Shown: positions 51,598 to 62,135 of the stretch, one piece after another | How positions within the stretch are numbered: position 1 is the stretch's first letter | Layout: each line of letters opens with the position of its first letter | NCBI GenBank assembly: GCA_964541525.1 | Contig: CAZIQF010000005.1 | Coordinates: 5,114-69,113 of the forward strand | DNA from: an uncultured Staphylococcaceae bacterium | GTDB lineage: Bacteria; Bacillota_I; Bacilli_A; ML615J-28; CAG-313 | Direction: 5' to 3' | DNA: 64,000 nucleotides | The notes under the pieces: model-generated | Database searches by the model: none | What the model was told of the DNA's origin: nothing | Seen by the model: only the letters and a program-made list of their open reading frames with translations | Made by a program: the position numbers and the translations under genes

Positions 51598-52218
51598 ATG
51601 AAAAAATTAAAAACATTAATTATTATGATATTACTATTATTAATCCCTTTAACGATTATCTCTTCACTAGATAATTATTTTAGTGAAAGAACAGAAGAAT
51701 ACCTAGAACACGCAGTAACCTTCGCTGCATCAGATATCTTTTCTAATGCATCATTAGAAGTAGCTGATTTTGCAGCAGACACACCATTTTTAAAATATAG
51801 TTATGATGAAAATAATCAAATAACAGGAGTATATGTTGATACAATCACCGTTAACTTGATTTTAACTAAAGTATCACAATTAATTTCAACTTCACTCAGT
51901 AATGGGGCTATTGAAGAAAAACTTGGATCAGTCCCAATCCCCTTAGGACAATTTATCTCCAAATCGATTTTTGCCAATGCAGGTCCAGATATTATTATTA
52001 AGACGTCACCAATGTACTCATATACAACCGATTTATATACTACAACTACAGACTATGGCATTAATAATACATTATTAGAGGTATATATCCTAGCTGTAAT
52101 TAATATTGAAGCATTTATTCCTTTAATTAGTCAAAATATATCTTTAGAAACTAAAATTTACTTAATTTCTGAAGTACTACAAGGAAGTATTCCTGTTTAT
52201 TATTTTTCAGCATCATGA
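51598..52218 (+). CDS. Membrane-anchored protein, possibly YunB-family sporulation protein
   Basis: N-terminal transmembrane helix, 206 aa. Assignment by size and topology only. Confidence 0.35.
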   Translation: MKKLKTLIIMILLLLIPLTIISSLDNYFSERTEEYLEHAVTFAASDIFSNASLEVADFAADTPFLKYSYDENNQITGVYVDTITVNLILTKVSQLISTSLSNGAIEEKLGSVPIPLGQFISKSIFANAGPDIIIKTSPMYSYTTDLYTTTTDYGINNTLLEVYILAVINIEAFIPLISQNISLETKIYLISEVLQGSIPVYYFSAS

Positions 52219-52823
52219 AATAAACACAAATAAAATCATAGATTAGATTAATTATTTGACAATAAAATTTTCGTATATTAAAATCTATCACGAAGGGTAT
52301 GTAAGATATTTGGATTTAGGGGAAGTGATAGAATACTATTTATATTTTTTGCTATTTCACAAAATATTCAAAAATGATTAAATGTCTGTTAATTATAACA
52401 AAAAATGGATATAAAAAATTAATTTAAGAGTAGCTATAGCAACATCTATAATAATTGTTGCTATATTCATAAATGAAATAGATACTAGAAATTTAATTAA
52501 TATAAAATATGCAGCAATAGATAAAGAGTGAATGTAATCATGATTTTTAAATGTTGCTAAAAAATTGAAGGAAAAGTGTCTTTTTTTAATGCTATTAAAT
52601 AGGTGATTCTTTATCAATTGACTTACTTGAAAATGATTCTGTTTTATTGTATAATGATAGTGTTACTAGTTTAATCAAAAAGGAAATTGAAGAACTAGAT
52701 GAAGAAGAAACTACATATGAAGTTGAGGATTTTCATACTTATGATGTGGTTTTGAAGAAAATATAGTCGCTAAAGTTCAAACAAATAATAGAACTAATAA
52801 AAATATAGTAAGAGGTTAACAAT

Positions 52824-53779
52824 ATGAATAAACAATTTGATGTGATTACATTTAATGATCAAGATATATGTTTAGAAGTTAATTTTGATCAAGAAAATGA
52901 TACAGTATGGTTATCTCAAAAACAAATGTCTGAGTTATTTGATGTTTCTACTGACAATATTGGTTTACATATTAAAAATATTCTTTCTTCAGGAGAGTTA
53001 GATCTAACAACTATCGAGGAATACTCGGTTGTTCAACAAGAAGGGAATCGTAAAGTAAAAAGAAAAATTAAGTTTTATAATCTTGACATGATAATTTCTG
53101 TTGGATATCGTGTTAATTCTAAAAAAGGCATTTTATTTAGAAAATGGGCTAGTAATATTTTGAAGCAATATTTATTTGATGGATATGTTGTAAACGAAAA
53201 AAGATTAGCTTATTTAGAAAAACAAATTAATTTAATATCTATTGCTTCAAGATTAGATGAGAAATTAATAACTGATGAAGGAAATAAAATATTAGAAACA
53301 ATAATTAATTATAATAAAGCTCTAAGCTTACTAGATGATTATGATCATCAAATAATTAGTAAACCTGATGGAACATTAGGCTGTTATAAATTAACATATG
53401 AAGAATGTCGTAAAATAATTGATTCTATGAAATTTGAATCAACTATTTTTGGAGTAGAAAAAGATGGAAGTTTTAATTCTAGTATTAATGCGATATATCA
53501 AAGTGCATTTGGTGAAGATATATATATAAATCTATAGAAGAAAAATCAGCCAATTTATTATATTTCATAACCAAAAATCATTCATTTGTTGATGGTAATA
53601 AACGTATAGCAGCAAGTATCTTTTTATATTTTTTAGATAAGAACAATTTATTATATATTAATGGAAATAAAAGATTATCTGATTCAGCACTTGTAGCAAT
53701 AACTATATTGATTGCTGAAAGTAAGCCTGAAGAAAAAGAAATAATAATTGATTTAATAATGAATTTTTTAACTATGTAA
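52824..53779 (+). pseudogene. RhuM-family (Virulence_RhuM, Doc-like C-terminus) gene interrupted by a -1 frameshift
   Basis: N-terminal 237 aa are RhuM-like (..KIKFYNLDMIISVGYRVNSKKGILFRKWA..). After the stop at 53537, the +2 frame continues EEKSANLLYFITKNHSFVDGNKRIAASIFLYFL.. (Doc HxFxDGNKR motif) to 53779. The shift lies in the TATATATAAATC run at about 53525. Confidence 0.7.
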
Positions 53780-54013
53780 TACTATAAGGTAATATATAAA
53801 TAAAATCCAAACGAACAAAACTACAATCACATATAATTAGTAAGGAATAAGATGTAGAAAAGAAAAAAGATAGATATGTCATATTATTTGGCATATCTTT
53901 TTTGTAATATTTTGACTTTACAATTTTCAAAAAATAAAAATAAAACCAAATTACAACCATTTGTGAAAGAAATGTAGTATAATAGATATAGAATTAGAAA
54001 ACTGGAGGTCTAT

Positions 54014-54259
54014 ATGACAGAAACAGAAATTATTAAAGAAGTAAAAAAAGTAATTAAGAAATTACGGCCATATTTAAATCAAGATGGTGGCGACTTGGAT
54101 TTCGTTGATTTTCGTGATGGTATTGTCTATATCAAATTATTAGGAGCTTGTATTGGTTGTTCAAGTAGTGATGACACAATCAAAAATAGTATTGAAGCGA
54201 TGATGTTAGAAGAAGTACCAGGGGTTATTGGCGTTGAAAAAGTTGAGGAAGAACTATAA
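54014..54259 (+). CDS. NifU-like (Nfu-type) Fe-S cluster assembly protein
   Basis: 81 aa with a LGACIGCSSS CxxC motif. Confidence 0.8.
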   Translation: MTETEIIKEVKKVIKKLRPYLNQDGGDLDFVDFRDGIVYIKLLGACIGCSSSDDTIKNSIEAMMLEEVPGVIGVEKVEEEL

Positions 54260-54591
54260 TGAAACCAGGAGATATTGTGGTTGCGAAAGTAACTAATATT
54301 GTTGGCTATGGTGCTTTCGTCAGTGTTGGTGAATATGATGGATTAGTGCATATTTCCGAATTTTCGGATAACTTTGTTAAAACGATTAATGACTTTGTTA
54401 GTGTTGGTCAAGAAATCAGACTTCGAGTATTAGAGATTGATGAAGTTGAAAAACGAGTTAAATTGAGCTATAAACAACTTCATAAAACTAGGGGTGTTAA
54501 ATGTCGTGTTCCTGAATATAAAATCGGCTTTGAAAGTTTAAACAACAAACTAGAGGGATGGATTGAAAAATACTCTGATTTGGAGGAATAG
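54259..54591 (+). CDS. S1 domain RNA-binding protein (GSP13/YugI-like)
   Basis: GDIVVAKVTNIVGYGAFVSVGEYDGLVHISE S1 fold pattern. Start overlaps the nifU stop. Confidence 0.75.
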   Translation: MKPGDIVVAKVTNIVGYGAFVSVGEYDGLVHISEFSDNFVKTINDFVSVGQEIRLRVLEIDEVEKRVKLSYKQLHKTRGVKCRVPEYKIGFESLNNKLEGWIEKYSDLEE

Positions 54592-54592
54592 T

Positions 54593-55144
54593 ATGATTAA
54601 AAAGATATGTTTATTAATGGTGATATTGATGAGTTTAACTTTATCAAGTTGTACAAAACAAGATGAACTAATGGGAAACTATCCTAGTTTAACAGATAAA
54701 AAACATGTCATCAAAACAATTAATGCTGAAACAGCAGTAAAAAAAGTCAGTAATCAAGAATCATTTATATTATTATTAGGTTTTGAAGCATGTCCATGGT
54801 GTCAAGCAATTATGCCAGAATATAATGAAGCTGCGAAAGAACTAGGTATTAATGAAGTTTATTATTTGGATATCTTAGATATGCGTGATAATCCAGATTC
54901 AAGTGACAGAATTTATTATCTAGCACTGGAAAATTATTTTAGTGAAGCCAAAGATCAAGCAAAAAATCGAATAAATGCTCCAACCATTTTAGGAATTAAA
55001 AATGGTAAATTGGTTGGTTATCATTTAAATACAGTTGCATCACATATCAAGAATGAAAGCGGAATTCTTCCACCAATGACAGATGAACAAAAAACAGAAT
55101 TAAAATTAGTGTTAACAGAAATTTTTAATAAAGTTTATAAATAA
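54593..55144 (+). CDS. Thioredoxin-fold lipoprotein (CPWC motif)
   Basis: Lipobox LTLSSC. ..LLLGFEACPWCQAIMPEY.. is a thioredoxin-like CxxC. RBS GGAGGA. Confidence 0.7.
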   Translation: MIKKICLLMVILMSLTLSSCTKQDELMGNYPSLTDKKHVIKTINAETAVKKVSNQESFILLLGFEACPWCQAIMPEYNEAAKELGINEVYYLDILDMRDNPDSSDRIYYLALENYFSEAKDQAKNRINAPTILGIKNGKLVGYHLNTVASHIKNESGILPPMTDEQKTELKLVLTEIFNKVYK

Positions 55145-55189
55145 AGTATAAAAATAATTGGTTAAAAATAAAATACATTGGTGATGAAA

Positions 55190-55843
55190 ATGAAAAAGAA
55201 TGTAACTTTATTTTTAACTTTTATTATTGTTATGATTACATTATTAACTGCATCAACAATTTATCAAGCTAATACATATCCTTCAATTGTAATTGATCCT
55301 GGACATGGAGGCTTTGATGGTGGAGCAACGATTAATAATTGCTTAGAAAAAGATATTACATTAACTGCTAGTTTAATGATTGGAGAACTATTAGAAAAAA
55401 CGGGATATAAAGTAACATATACTAGAAAAAAAGATATTGCATTGGATAACGCTAAAGTTAAAGATATGCAGAAACGTTTAAAAATAATTAATAAAGAATC
55501 AACAATAATATATATATCTGTTCATGCTAATATCTATTCAAGTAATATTGCTCGTGGTGCGCAAACGTTTTATAATAGTAATAATCCCGCATCAGCATTA
55601 CTTGCAGATTATATCCAAGAAGCATTGGTATCTGAAGATAAATTAAATAAAAGAAAAGCTAAAGGAATTACGGGGAAATACCTTCTTGATCAAGCCACAT
55701 CTGTTGGATGTATTGTTGAACTTGGCTTTATGAGCAACGAAGAAGAATTAAAAACATTAACTGATGAAAAACTCTTAGAAAAACGTTGTTTAATGATTTA
55801 TTTAGGAGTCTTAAAATATTTACAAACAGATATCAAATACTAA
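55190..55843 (+). CDS. cwlD: N-acetylmuramoyl-L-alanine amidase, CwlD-like (Amidase_3)
   Basis: IVIDPGHGGFDGGA and the ..ISVHAN.. Amidase_3 motifs. N-terminal transmembrane helix. Small size typical of CwlD. Confidence 0.7.
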   Translation: MKKNVTLFLTFIIVMITLLTASTIYQANTYPSIVIDPGHGGFDGGATINNCLEKDITLTASLMIGELLEKTGYKVTYTRKKDIALDNAKVKDMQKRLKIINKESTIIYISVHANIYSSNIARGAQTFYNSNNPASALLADYIQEALVSEDKLNKRKAKGITGKYLLDQATSVGCIVELGFMSNEEELKTLTDEKLLEKRCLMIYLGVLKYLQTDIKY

Positions 55844-55859
55844 AGTTTTAGGAGTATTT

Positions 55860-56357
55860 ATGAAAAAAATCGAATTTAAAGTATGTGGAAGCGAGAAGAT
55901 GATTCTACTGGGAAAACTATTGACAAGTTTTGCCTATCCTAATTTAGTTATCGCCTTAAATGGTGATTTAGGATGTGGAAAGACAACCTTTACCAAAGGA
56001 ATAGGGATAGCACTAGGAATCAAACGTGTAATTAATAGTCCTACTTTCACAATTATGAAAACATATGAAGTTACAAATAAAGTAAATAATATTGAAATGT
56101 TATATCATTTAGATGTATATCGTTTAAACAATAGTGCAGATGACTTTAGTTTAAGTGAATACTTTGAATGGGGTGGTTTAACTGTTATTGAATGGGCTGA
56201 AATTATTGATGATTTATTACCAGATAATTTATGGAAAATGGTAATTAAAAATGATGGTGAAAATCAAAGAATTGTTGAGTTAGAATTTTTAGATGATACT
56301 AATTATTTGGATGTAGAAACAGTTTTAAGGAGTAATGATTATGAAATTATTAATTGA
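55860..56357 (+). CDS. tsaE: tRNA t6A biosynthesis ATPase TsaE
   Basis: LNGDLGCGKTTFTKGI P-loop. 165 aa. Confidence 0.85.
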   Translation: MKKIEFKVCGSEKMILLGKLLTSFAYPNLVIALNGDLGCGKTTFTKGIGIALGIKRVINSPTFTIMKTYEVTNKVNNIEMLYHLDVYRLNNSADDFSLSEYFEWGGLTVIEWAEIIDDLLPDNLWKMVIKNDGENQRIVELEFLDDTNYLDVETVLRSNDYEIIN

Positions 56358-56922
56358 TAGTTCAACTAACTATTTATTTCTAGCAGTTATTAATGGTGAA
56401 ACAATTAAAACACTAATCAGATGTGGTAAAAATGATCATTCTGAAACCTTAGTCGATACACTTAATAACTTTCTAAAAGCAAATAACTATAATTTACAAG
56501 ATGTTAAAGAACTTTTAATTGGTAGAGGACCAGGGTCTTATACAGGATTAAGAATTGCAGGAACAGTCGGTAAAGTATTAGCTTACGTAAATAACATAGA
56601 TTTATATAGTTTTTCATCATTGGACTTAATTTTATCAAGTGTTGTAAGTAAAGATGGTAATTATCTGCTTACCATTGATGCGAAGAAAAATCATAGTTAT
56701 TATAAAACTGCAATAATTAAAAATGGAAAGATAACCTGTAGTGAAGAATTATTTGCTGAAAACACAGTCTTTAATGAATACCCTAATTATCAAATTTTAA
56801 CTATTAATGAAGAACTATTTAAAACAGGAAAAATTCTTGCCGAAAACATCATTAAATATCAGCTATATCGACAAGAGAATGAATTTGAATATACACCAAA
56901 TTATATTAGAAGTGGTATTTAA
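56341..56922 (+). CDS. tsaB: tRNA t6A biosynthesis protein TsaB
   Basis: MKLLIDSSTN..GRGPGSYTGLRIA (YeaZ pattern). Confidence 0.85.
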   Translation: MKLLIDSSTNYLFLAVINGETIKTLIRCGKNDHSETLVDTLNNFLKANNYNLQDVKELLIGRGPGSYTGLRIAGTVGKVLAYVNNIDLYSFSSLDLILSSVVSKDGNYLLTIDAKKNHSYYKTAIIKNGKITCSEELFAENTVFNEYPNYQILTINEELFKTGKILAENIIKYQLYRQENEFEYTPNYIRSGI

Positions 56923-57351
56923 ATGATAAGTTATCAAAGATTAACAAAAGCAGATATCAAACAAGTTGTTTTATTAGAAGAAGAACTTTTACAAGAAACA
57001 TTAGGAATTGAAATGTTAGAAAGTGAATTAAATAATCCTACTGTTTGCTTCTTAACCGCTAAAGATAATTTAAAAGTAGTAGGATATATCGGTTTATATG
57101 TCTATTTAGATGAAGGCGAAATCTTAAACTTTGTGGTAGATGAGTCATATCAAAGACAAAATATTGGTTCAACTTTATTAAATAAAGTAATTGAACAATA
57201 TAATTTAAAAAAAATTACTTTAGAAGTAAGGGAACACAATCAAAAAGCAATCAATTTCTATATCAAAAACAACTTTAAAAAAGTAAATATAAGAAAGCAT
57301 TACTATAAAAATGGTGATAACGCGATAGTAATGATGAAGGTAATAAAATGA
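56923..57351 (+). CDS. rimI: Ribosomal-protein-alanine N-acetyltransferase (GNAT)
   Basis: GNAT motif A region (QRQNIGSTLL). Conserved position between tsaB and tsaD. Confidence 0.75.
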   Translation: MISYQRLTKADIKQVVLLEEELLQETLGIEMLESELNNPTVCFLTAKDNLKVVGYIGLYVYLDEGEILNFVVDESYQRQNIGSTLLNKVIEQYNLKKITLEVREHNQKAINFYIKNNFKKVNIRKHYYKNGDNAIVMMKVIK

Positions 57352-58307
57352 AAATATTAGCAATCGAAACTAGTTGTGATGAAACAGCATTAGCAGTCGT
57401 TGAAGATGGAAGAACAATTATTAGTAATGTTGTATATACACAAATTGATATTCATACTAAGTTTGGTGGAGTCGTACCTGAGGTTGCAAGTAGAGAACAT
57501 ATTGCAAAAATCACATATGTAATTGATGCATGTATGAAAGAAGCAAATCTAACTTTTGCAGAATTAGATGCAGTAGCAGTAACTAAAACGCCAGGTTTAA
57601 TTGGCTCATTAATGGTTGGAATTAATGCAGCAAAAGCTATCGCTTTAAGTTATAATAAACCCTTAATCTATGTTAATCATATTCATGGACATATATATGC
57701 TAACTATCTAGTTGAAGACTTTACTTTTCCTTTACTTGCATTAGTAGTATCGGGGGGACATACTGAACTAGTTTTAATGAAAGATCATATGGAATTTGAA
57801 ATCATCGGTGAGACTTTAGATGATGCAGTAGGAGAAGCATATGATAAGATTGCAAGAGTAGTAAATGTGGGATACCCTGGTGGACCAATAATCGATAAAA
57901 TGGCTAAACTAGGAAGTCCTAATTATAAACTACCCCATATTTTACTTGCGAAAGATTCCTATGATTTTAGTTTTTCCGGATTAAAATCAGCCGTAATCAA
58001 TCTTCATCACAATGCAATGCAAAAATGTGAAGAACTAAATAAAAATGATTTAGCAGCAAGTTTCCAAGATGCAGTTATCGATGTATTAGTATCAAAAACA
58101 AAACGAGCAGCACTTGAATTTGGAGTAAAACAAGTGATTATTGCTGGTGGTGTAGCGGCTAATCAAGGTTTAAGACAAGCGATGAAAACAGCATTAGATG
58201 ATATTAATATCAAATTAACAGTGCCACCATTTAAGTATTGTACTGACAATGCTGCAATGATTGGTGCGGCTGCTTATTTTACATATTTAAAAAATAAATC
58301 AGAATAA
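57348..58307 (+). CDS. tsaD: tRNA N6-adenosine threonylcarbamoyltransferase TsaD
   Basis: MKILAIETSCDETALA.., HIHGHIYAN, SGGHTE (Kae1/Gcp pattern). Confidence 0.9.
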   Translation: MKILAIETSCDETALAVVEDGRTIISNVVYTQIDIHTKFGGVVPEVASREHIAKITYVIDACMKEANLTFAELDAVAVTKTPGLIGSLMVGINAAKAIALSYNKPLIYVNHIHGHIYANYLVEDFTFPLLALVVSGGHTELVLMKDHMEFEIIGETLDDAVGEAYDKIARVVNVGYPGGPIIDKMAKLGSPNYKLPHILLAKDSYDFSFSGLKSAVINLHHNAMQKCEELNKNDLAASFQDAVIDVLVSKTKRAALEFGVKQVIIAGGVAANQGLRQAMKTALDDINIKLTVPPFKYCTDNAAMIGAAAYFTYLKNKSE

Positions 58308-58483
58308 AAAATAGAAGTAAGAATCGAAGAAAATGTTTTTTAGGTTCTTACTTTTTTAAAATATTTTTAGTTTTTGCATAAGAATTGATTAAAAAAAATA
58401 AATGTGATAAAATAAATTGAAAAATTGGCTTTTTTTAGAAAAAAGCAATTCATAAAATCAAAAAAATAAAAAGGAGAAAAAAG

Positions 58484-59875
58484 ATGAGTGTAAAAATTGT
58501 TGATACTTCATTAAGAGATGGTCATCAATCATTAATTGCAACTCGACTTACAACTGCTGATATTTTACCAGTTGCTGAACTTTTAGACAAAGCTGGATAT
58601 CACGCTCTTGAAGTATGGGGTGGTGCCACATTTGATGCATGTTTACGTTTTTTAAATGAAGATCCATGGGAAAGATTAGATTTAATTCGTAAAGCATGTC
58701 CTAATACTAAATTACAAATGTTATTTAGAGGACAAAATATCTTAGGATATCGTCATTATTCAGATGAAGTAGTAGAAAAATTTGTTCAAAAGTCATTAGA
58801 ACATGGAATTAATATTATTCGAATTTTTGATGCATTAAATGATTTAAGAAATTTAAAAAGTGCTGTTGATGCAACAAATAAGTATAAAGCACAATATGAT
58901 GGTCATTGTCAAATTGCTTTATCATATACAACAAGTCCAGTTCACACAATTGATTATTATGTAGAACTTGCTAAAGAAGTTGAAAAAATGGGTGCAGATT
59001 CAATCTGTATCAAAGATATGGCAGGGGTACTTCTACCTAATGATGCGTATGAATTAATCTCACGTTTAAAACAAAGTGTATCACTTCCATTGGAATTGCA
59101 TACACACTGTACAGGTGGAATTGCTGAAATGACAATAATGAAAGCAATTGAAGCTGGTTGTGATATCGTTGATACGGCTTTATCTCCATTTTCTGGTGGT
59201 ACTTCGCAACCATGTACAGAAAGTTTGCAATATGCACTTACAGGAACTGAATATGATCCACATCTTAATTTAGATTATTTGAAAAAAGCTTGTGAAAAAT
59301 TAACAGTGGTAAAAGATCGCTTTTTACAAGAAGGACTACTTAATCCGAAAGCACTAACTGTTAATCCTAATATTTTAAAATATCAAGTACCTGGTGGAAT
59401 GTTATCTAACCTTATGAGCCAATTAAAAGGTCAAAATGCAATGGATAAATATGAAGAAGTATTAAAAGAAATTCCACGTGTAAGAAAAGATTTAGGTTAC
59501 CCACCACTTGTAACACCACTTTCACAAATGGTTGGTACTCAAGCCGTTATGAATGTTTTATTTAAAGAACGTTATAAATCATGTCCAAAAGAAATAATTG
59601 AATACTTAAAAGGTAATTATGGACAAGCACCAGCACCAATTAATGAAGAAATTAGACACAAAATTATTGGTGATGCAAAAGTAATTACTCATCGTCCTGC
59701 GGATGATATTGCTCCTGAATTTGAAGCAATGAAAGCTAAATATGCTGATATTTGTGAATCTGATGAAGATGTATTATCTTGTGCATTATTTGAAAATGTT
59801 GCAGTAAAATTCTTAGAAGCAAAGAAAAAAGCAAATAATCAAGAAATCGTTGAATTCAACGTACATATTGGGTAG
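58484..59875 (+). CDS. Oxaloacetate decarboxylase alpha-type carboxyltransferase (PYC_OADA 5S domain), without a biotinyl domain
   Basis: MSVKIVDTSLRDGHQSL.. TIM-barrel carboxyltransferase domain. 463 aa, ending before any AMKM segment. Confidence 0.8.
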   Translation: MSVKIVDTSLRDGHQSLIATRLTTADILPVAELLDKAGYHALEVWGGATFDACLRFLNEDPWERLDLIRKACPNTKLQMLFRGQNILGYRHYSDEVVEKFVQKSLEHGINIIRIFDALNDLRNLKSAVDATNKYKAQYDGHCQIALSYTTSPVHTIDYYVELAKEVEKMGADSICIKDMAGVLLPNDAYELISRLKQSVSLPLELHTHCTGGIAEMTIMKAIEAGCDIVDTALSPFSGGTSQPCTESLQYALTGTEYDPHLNLDYLKKACEKLTVVKDRFLQEGLLNPKALTVNPNILKYQVPGGMLSNLMSQLKGQNAMDKYEEVLKEIPRVRKDLGYPPLVTPLSQMVGTQAVMNVLFKERYKSCPKEIIEYLKGNYGQAPAPINEEIRHKIIGDAKVITHRPADDIAPEFEAMKAKYADICESDEDVLSCALFENVAVKFLEAKKKANNQEIVEFNVHIG

Positions 59876-59883
59876 GTGATGAC

Positions 59884-60594
59884 ATGAAAAAAGGATTTAA
59901 ATTATTAACATTAGTTATCGCATTCTTTTTAGTTATTAATCTTGCTAGTTGCAGTAGTAAAGAATCTAACCTAGATTTAAAAGATGTGACAATTCCAGTA
60001 GTTATAGATATTAGTACTGAAGATAAAGTATTTTTAGGATATTATACTTTTGATGCAGAAACTAAAACGGGAACGCTATATACAGTAGGTGCTAGTATTC
60101 CTGGAGGTCAATATGAAGAAGTATTTATTGATGTAAAAGAAGAAGCACTTCCTTCTTATGCTAATGGTAGAAATGGCTTAAAATTTGCTGGTTGGTATCC
60201 AACAGCAGCATTTACTAATGGTGCTAAATTATCATCACTAGCTGCAATGGACAGTGATGCAGATGGCGTTATTTATGCTAAATATATTACATATGGTGAT
60301 GCAGGAATCATTGCTGTTGTATGTGTTATCATTGTATTTAGTATGCTTGCCTTATTATGGGGAATTGTATCATTATTTAAATATATTAAGCCAAAAGCTG
60401 AAAATAAGCAACAAACTAGTGCTAGTTCGGCAAATAATGCTAGTGCACCAATTGCAAATGCACCAAAACAAGCATTTACAATTGAAGATATTAAAGATGA
60501 AGATATGATGGTAGCTGCTTTAGTTGCTACAATTGATTATCATAATGAAACTAATGAAGATGTAAGAGTAGTTTCAATTAAACAAATTGGATAG
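59884..60594 (+). CDS. OadG-like decarboxylase small membrane subunit with an unusual N-terminal lipoprotein extension
   Basis: Lipobox LASC. About 110-aa extracytoplasmic domain, one transmembrane helix, then an Ala/Pro-rich segment and EDMMVAALVATIDYH.. typical of OadG/MmdD tails. Confidence 0.55.
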   Translation: MKKGFKLLTLVIAFFLVINLASCSSKESNLDLKDVTIPVVIDISTEDKVFLGYYTFDAETKTGTLYTVGASIPGGQYEEVFIDVKEEALPSYANGRNGLKFAGWYPTAAFTNGAKLSSLAAMDSDADGVIYAKYITYGDAGIIAVVCVIIVFSMLALLWGIVSLFKYIKPKAENKQQTSASSANNASAPIANAPKQAFTIEDIKDEDMMVAALVATIDYHNETNEDVRVVSIKQIG

Positions 60595-60606
60595 GAGAAA
60601 AAGGAA

Positions 60607-60948
60607 ATGAAAATTTATAAAGTTAAAGTTAATGGAAAAGTTTATGAAGTTGAATTAGAAAGTGTTAGTGAAGCAGCTGGTAATATTCAAGCACCAGTAG
60701 AACCTGCACAACAAGCACCAGCAGCAAGTGGTGCTGATTATGAATTAAAAGCACCGATGGCTGGTACAATTTTAGATGTTAAAGTCAGTGTTGGTCAAAG
60801 CGTTAAAGCTGGTGATGTTGTTTGTATTTTAGAAGCAATGAAACTAGAAAATGAAGTAGTAGCTGATAAAGCTGGTGTTGTTAAATCAATTGCTGTTAGT
60901 AAAAATACTGCAGTTCAAAATGGTCAATTATTGGTAGTTATTGGATAA
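60607..60948 (+). CDS. Biotin carboxyl carrier protein (biotinyl domain) subunit
   Basis: ..VCILEAMKLENEV.. biotinylation motif. Ala/Pro-rich linker. Confidence 0.85.
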   Translation: MKIYKVKVNGKVYEVELESVSEAAGNIQAPVEPAQQAPAASGADYELKAPMAGTILDVKVSVGQSVKAGDVVCILEAMKLENEVVADKAGVVKSIAVSKNTAVQNGQLLVVIG

Positions 60949-60954
60949 GATATT

Positions 60955-62127
60955 ATGGAAATGATTGGCAATTTATTTGAAAATTTCTTTAAACAAATGG
61001 GGTTTTTAAGTGATGGTCAATTTGATGCAACAAGTTTCTTATTAAGATTAGCAATGATTATTGTTGCTTGTGTCTTAATATATTTAGCTATTGCAAAAGG
61101 TTTTGAACCATATTTATTAATTCCTATTGGTATTGGAATGTTACTTGTAAACTTAGCTCCAGGGTTATATAGCAGTGATCCAACACATCCAGGATTGTTC
61201 TATACATTCCATAAAGGAATTGAATTAGAAATATTCCCACCATTAATCTTTTTAGGTATTGGTGCGACAACTGATTTTGGACCATTATTATCACGTCCAT
61301 CAAGTTTATTATTAGGAGCAGCTGCACAACTAGGAATCTTTATTACATTCTTTGGTGCAATATTATTGGGATTTAATGCTCTAGAAGCTGCAGCAATCGG
61401 TATTATCGGTGGTGCTGATGGACCTACTGCGATTTTCTTATCAAATAAAATGTTACAAGGTGCTGAAGGTGGCGAAATGTTATGTGCATCAATTGCGGTT
61501 GTTGCATATTCATATATGGCTCTTGTTCCAGTAATTCAACCACCTATTATTAAAGCTCTTACAACTAAAGAAGAACGTAAGATCAAAATGGTACAATCAC
61601 GTGCTGTTTCTAAACGTGAAAGAATCTTGTTCCCAATTGTGGTTATGATTGTTGTTATTACGTTAATTCCATCATGTGCTGCTTTAATTGGAATGTTAAT
61701 GCTTGGAAATCTAATTAAAGAATCAGGTGTCGTTCCTAATCTAGTTGATGCAGTAGCAAGAACAATTATGTATGCTGTAACAATTTTATTAGGCCTTTCT
61801 GTAGGCGCCACAGCCATCTTAACTGATGTTACGCAAGCACTAAGTTTTGTTAAAATCTTAATACTAGGTATGATAGCATTTAGCGTTGCTACAGCGGGTG
61901 GTGTTTTAGTTGGAAAATTAATGTGCAAATTAACTGGTGGAAAAGTTAATCCAATGATTGGTGCTGCCGGTGTATCTGCAGTTCCAATGGCAGCTAGAGT
62001 TGTTCATAAAGTTGGTTTAGAAGAAGATCGTTCAAATTATTTATTAATGCATGCAATGGGACCTAATGTTGCTGGTGTAATTGGTTCAGCAGTAGCAGCT
62101 GGTTTACTATTAAGTATTTTTGGGTAA
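60955..62127 (+). CDS. Na+-translocating decarboxylase beta subunit (OadB/MmdB/GcdB family)
   Basis: 390 aa polytopic. Typical N-terminus and SNKMLQGAEGGE region of the OadB family. Confidence 0.85.
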   Translation: MEMIGNLFENFFKQMGFLSDGQFDATSFLLRLAMIIVACVLIYLAIAKGFEPYLLIPIGIGMLLVNLAPGLYSSDPTHPGLFYTFHKGIELEIFPPLIFLGIGATTDFGPLLSRPSSLLLGAAAQLGIFITFFGAILLGFNALEAAAIGIIGGADGPTAIFLSNKMLQGAEGGEMLCASIAVVAYSYMALVPVIQPPIIKALTTKEERKIKMVQSRAVSKRERILFPIVVMIVVITLIPSCAALIGMLMLGNLIKESGVVPNLVDAVARTIMYAVTILLGLSVGATAILTDVTQALSFVKILILGMIAFSVATAGGVLVGKLMCKLTGGKVNPMIGAAGVSAVPMAARVVHKVGLEEDRSNYLLMHAMGPNVAGVIGSAVAAGLLLSIFG

Positions 62128-62135
62128 AACTTAAA

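Noticed and set aside
52393-52617. 74-aa minus-strand ORF in the AT-rich gap before the RhuM-like gene
   Set aside because: Low-complexity I/F/L-rich translation with no RBS, inside a degenerate region. Probably non-coding.
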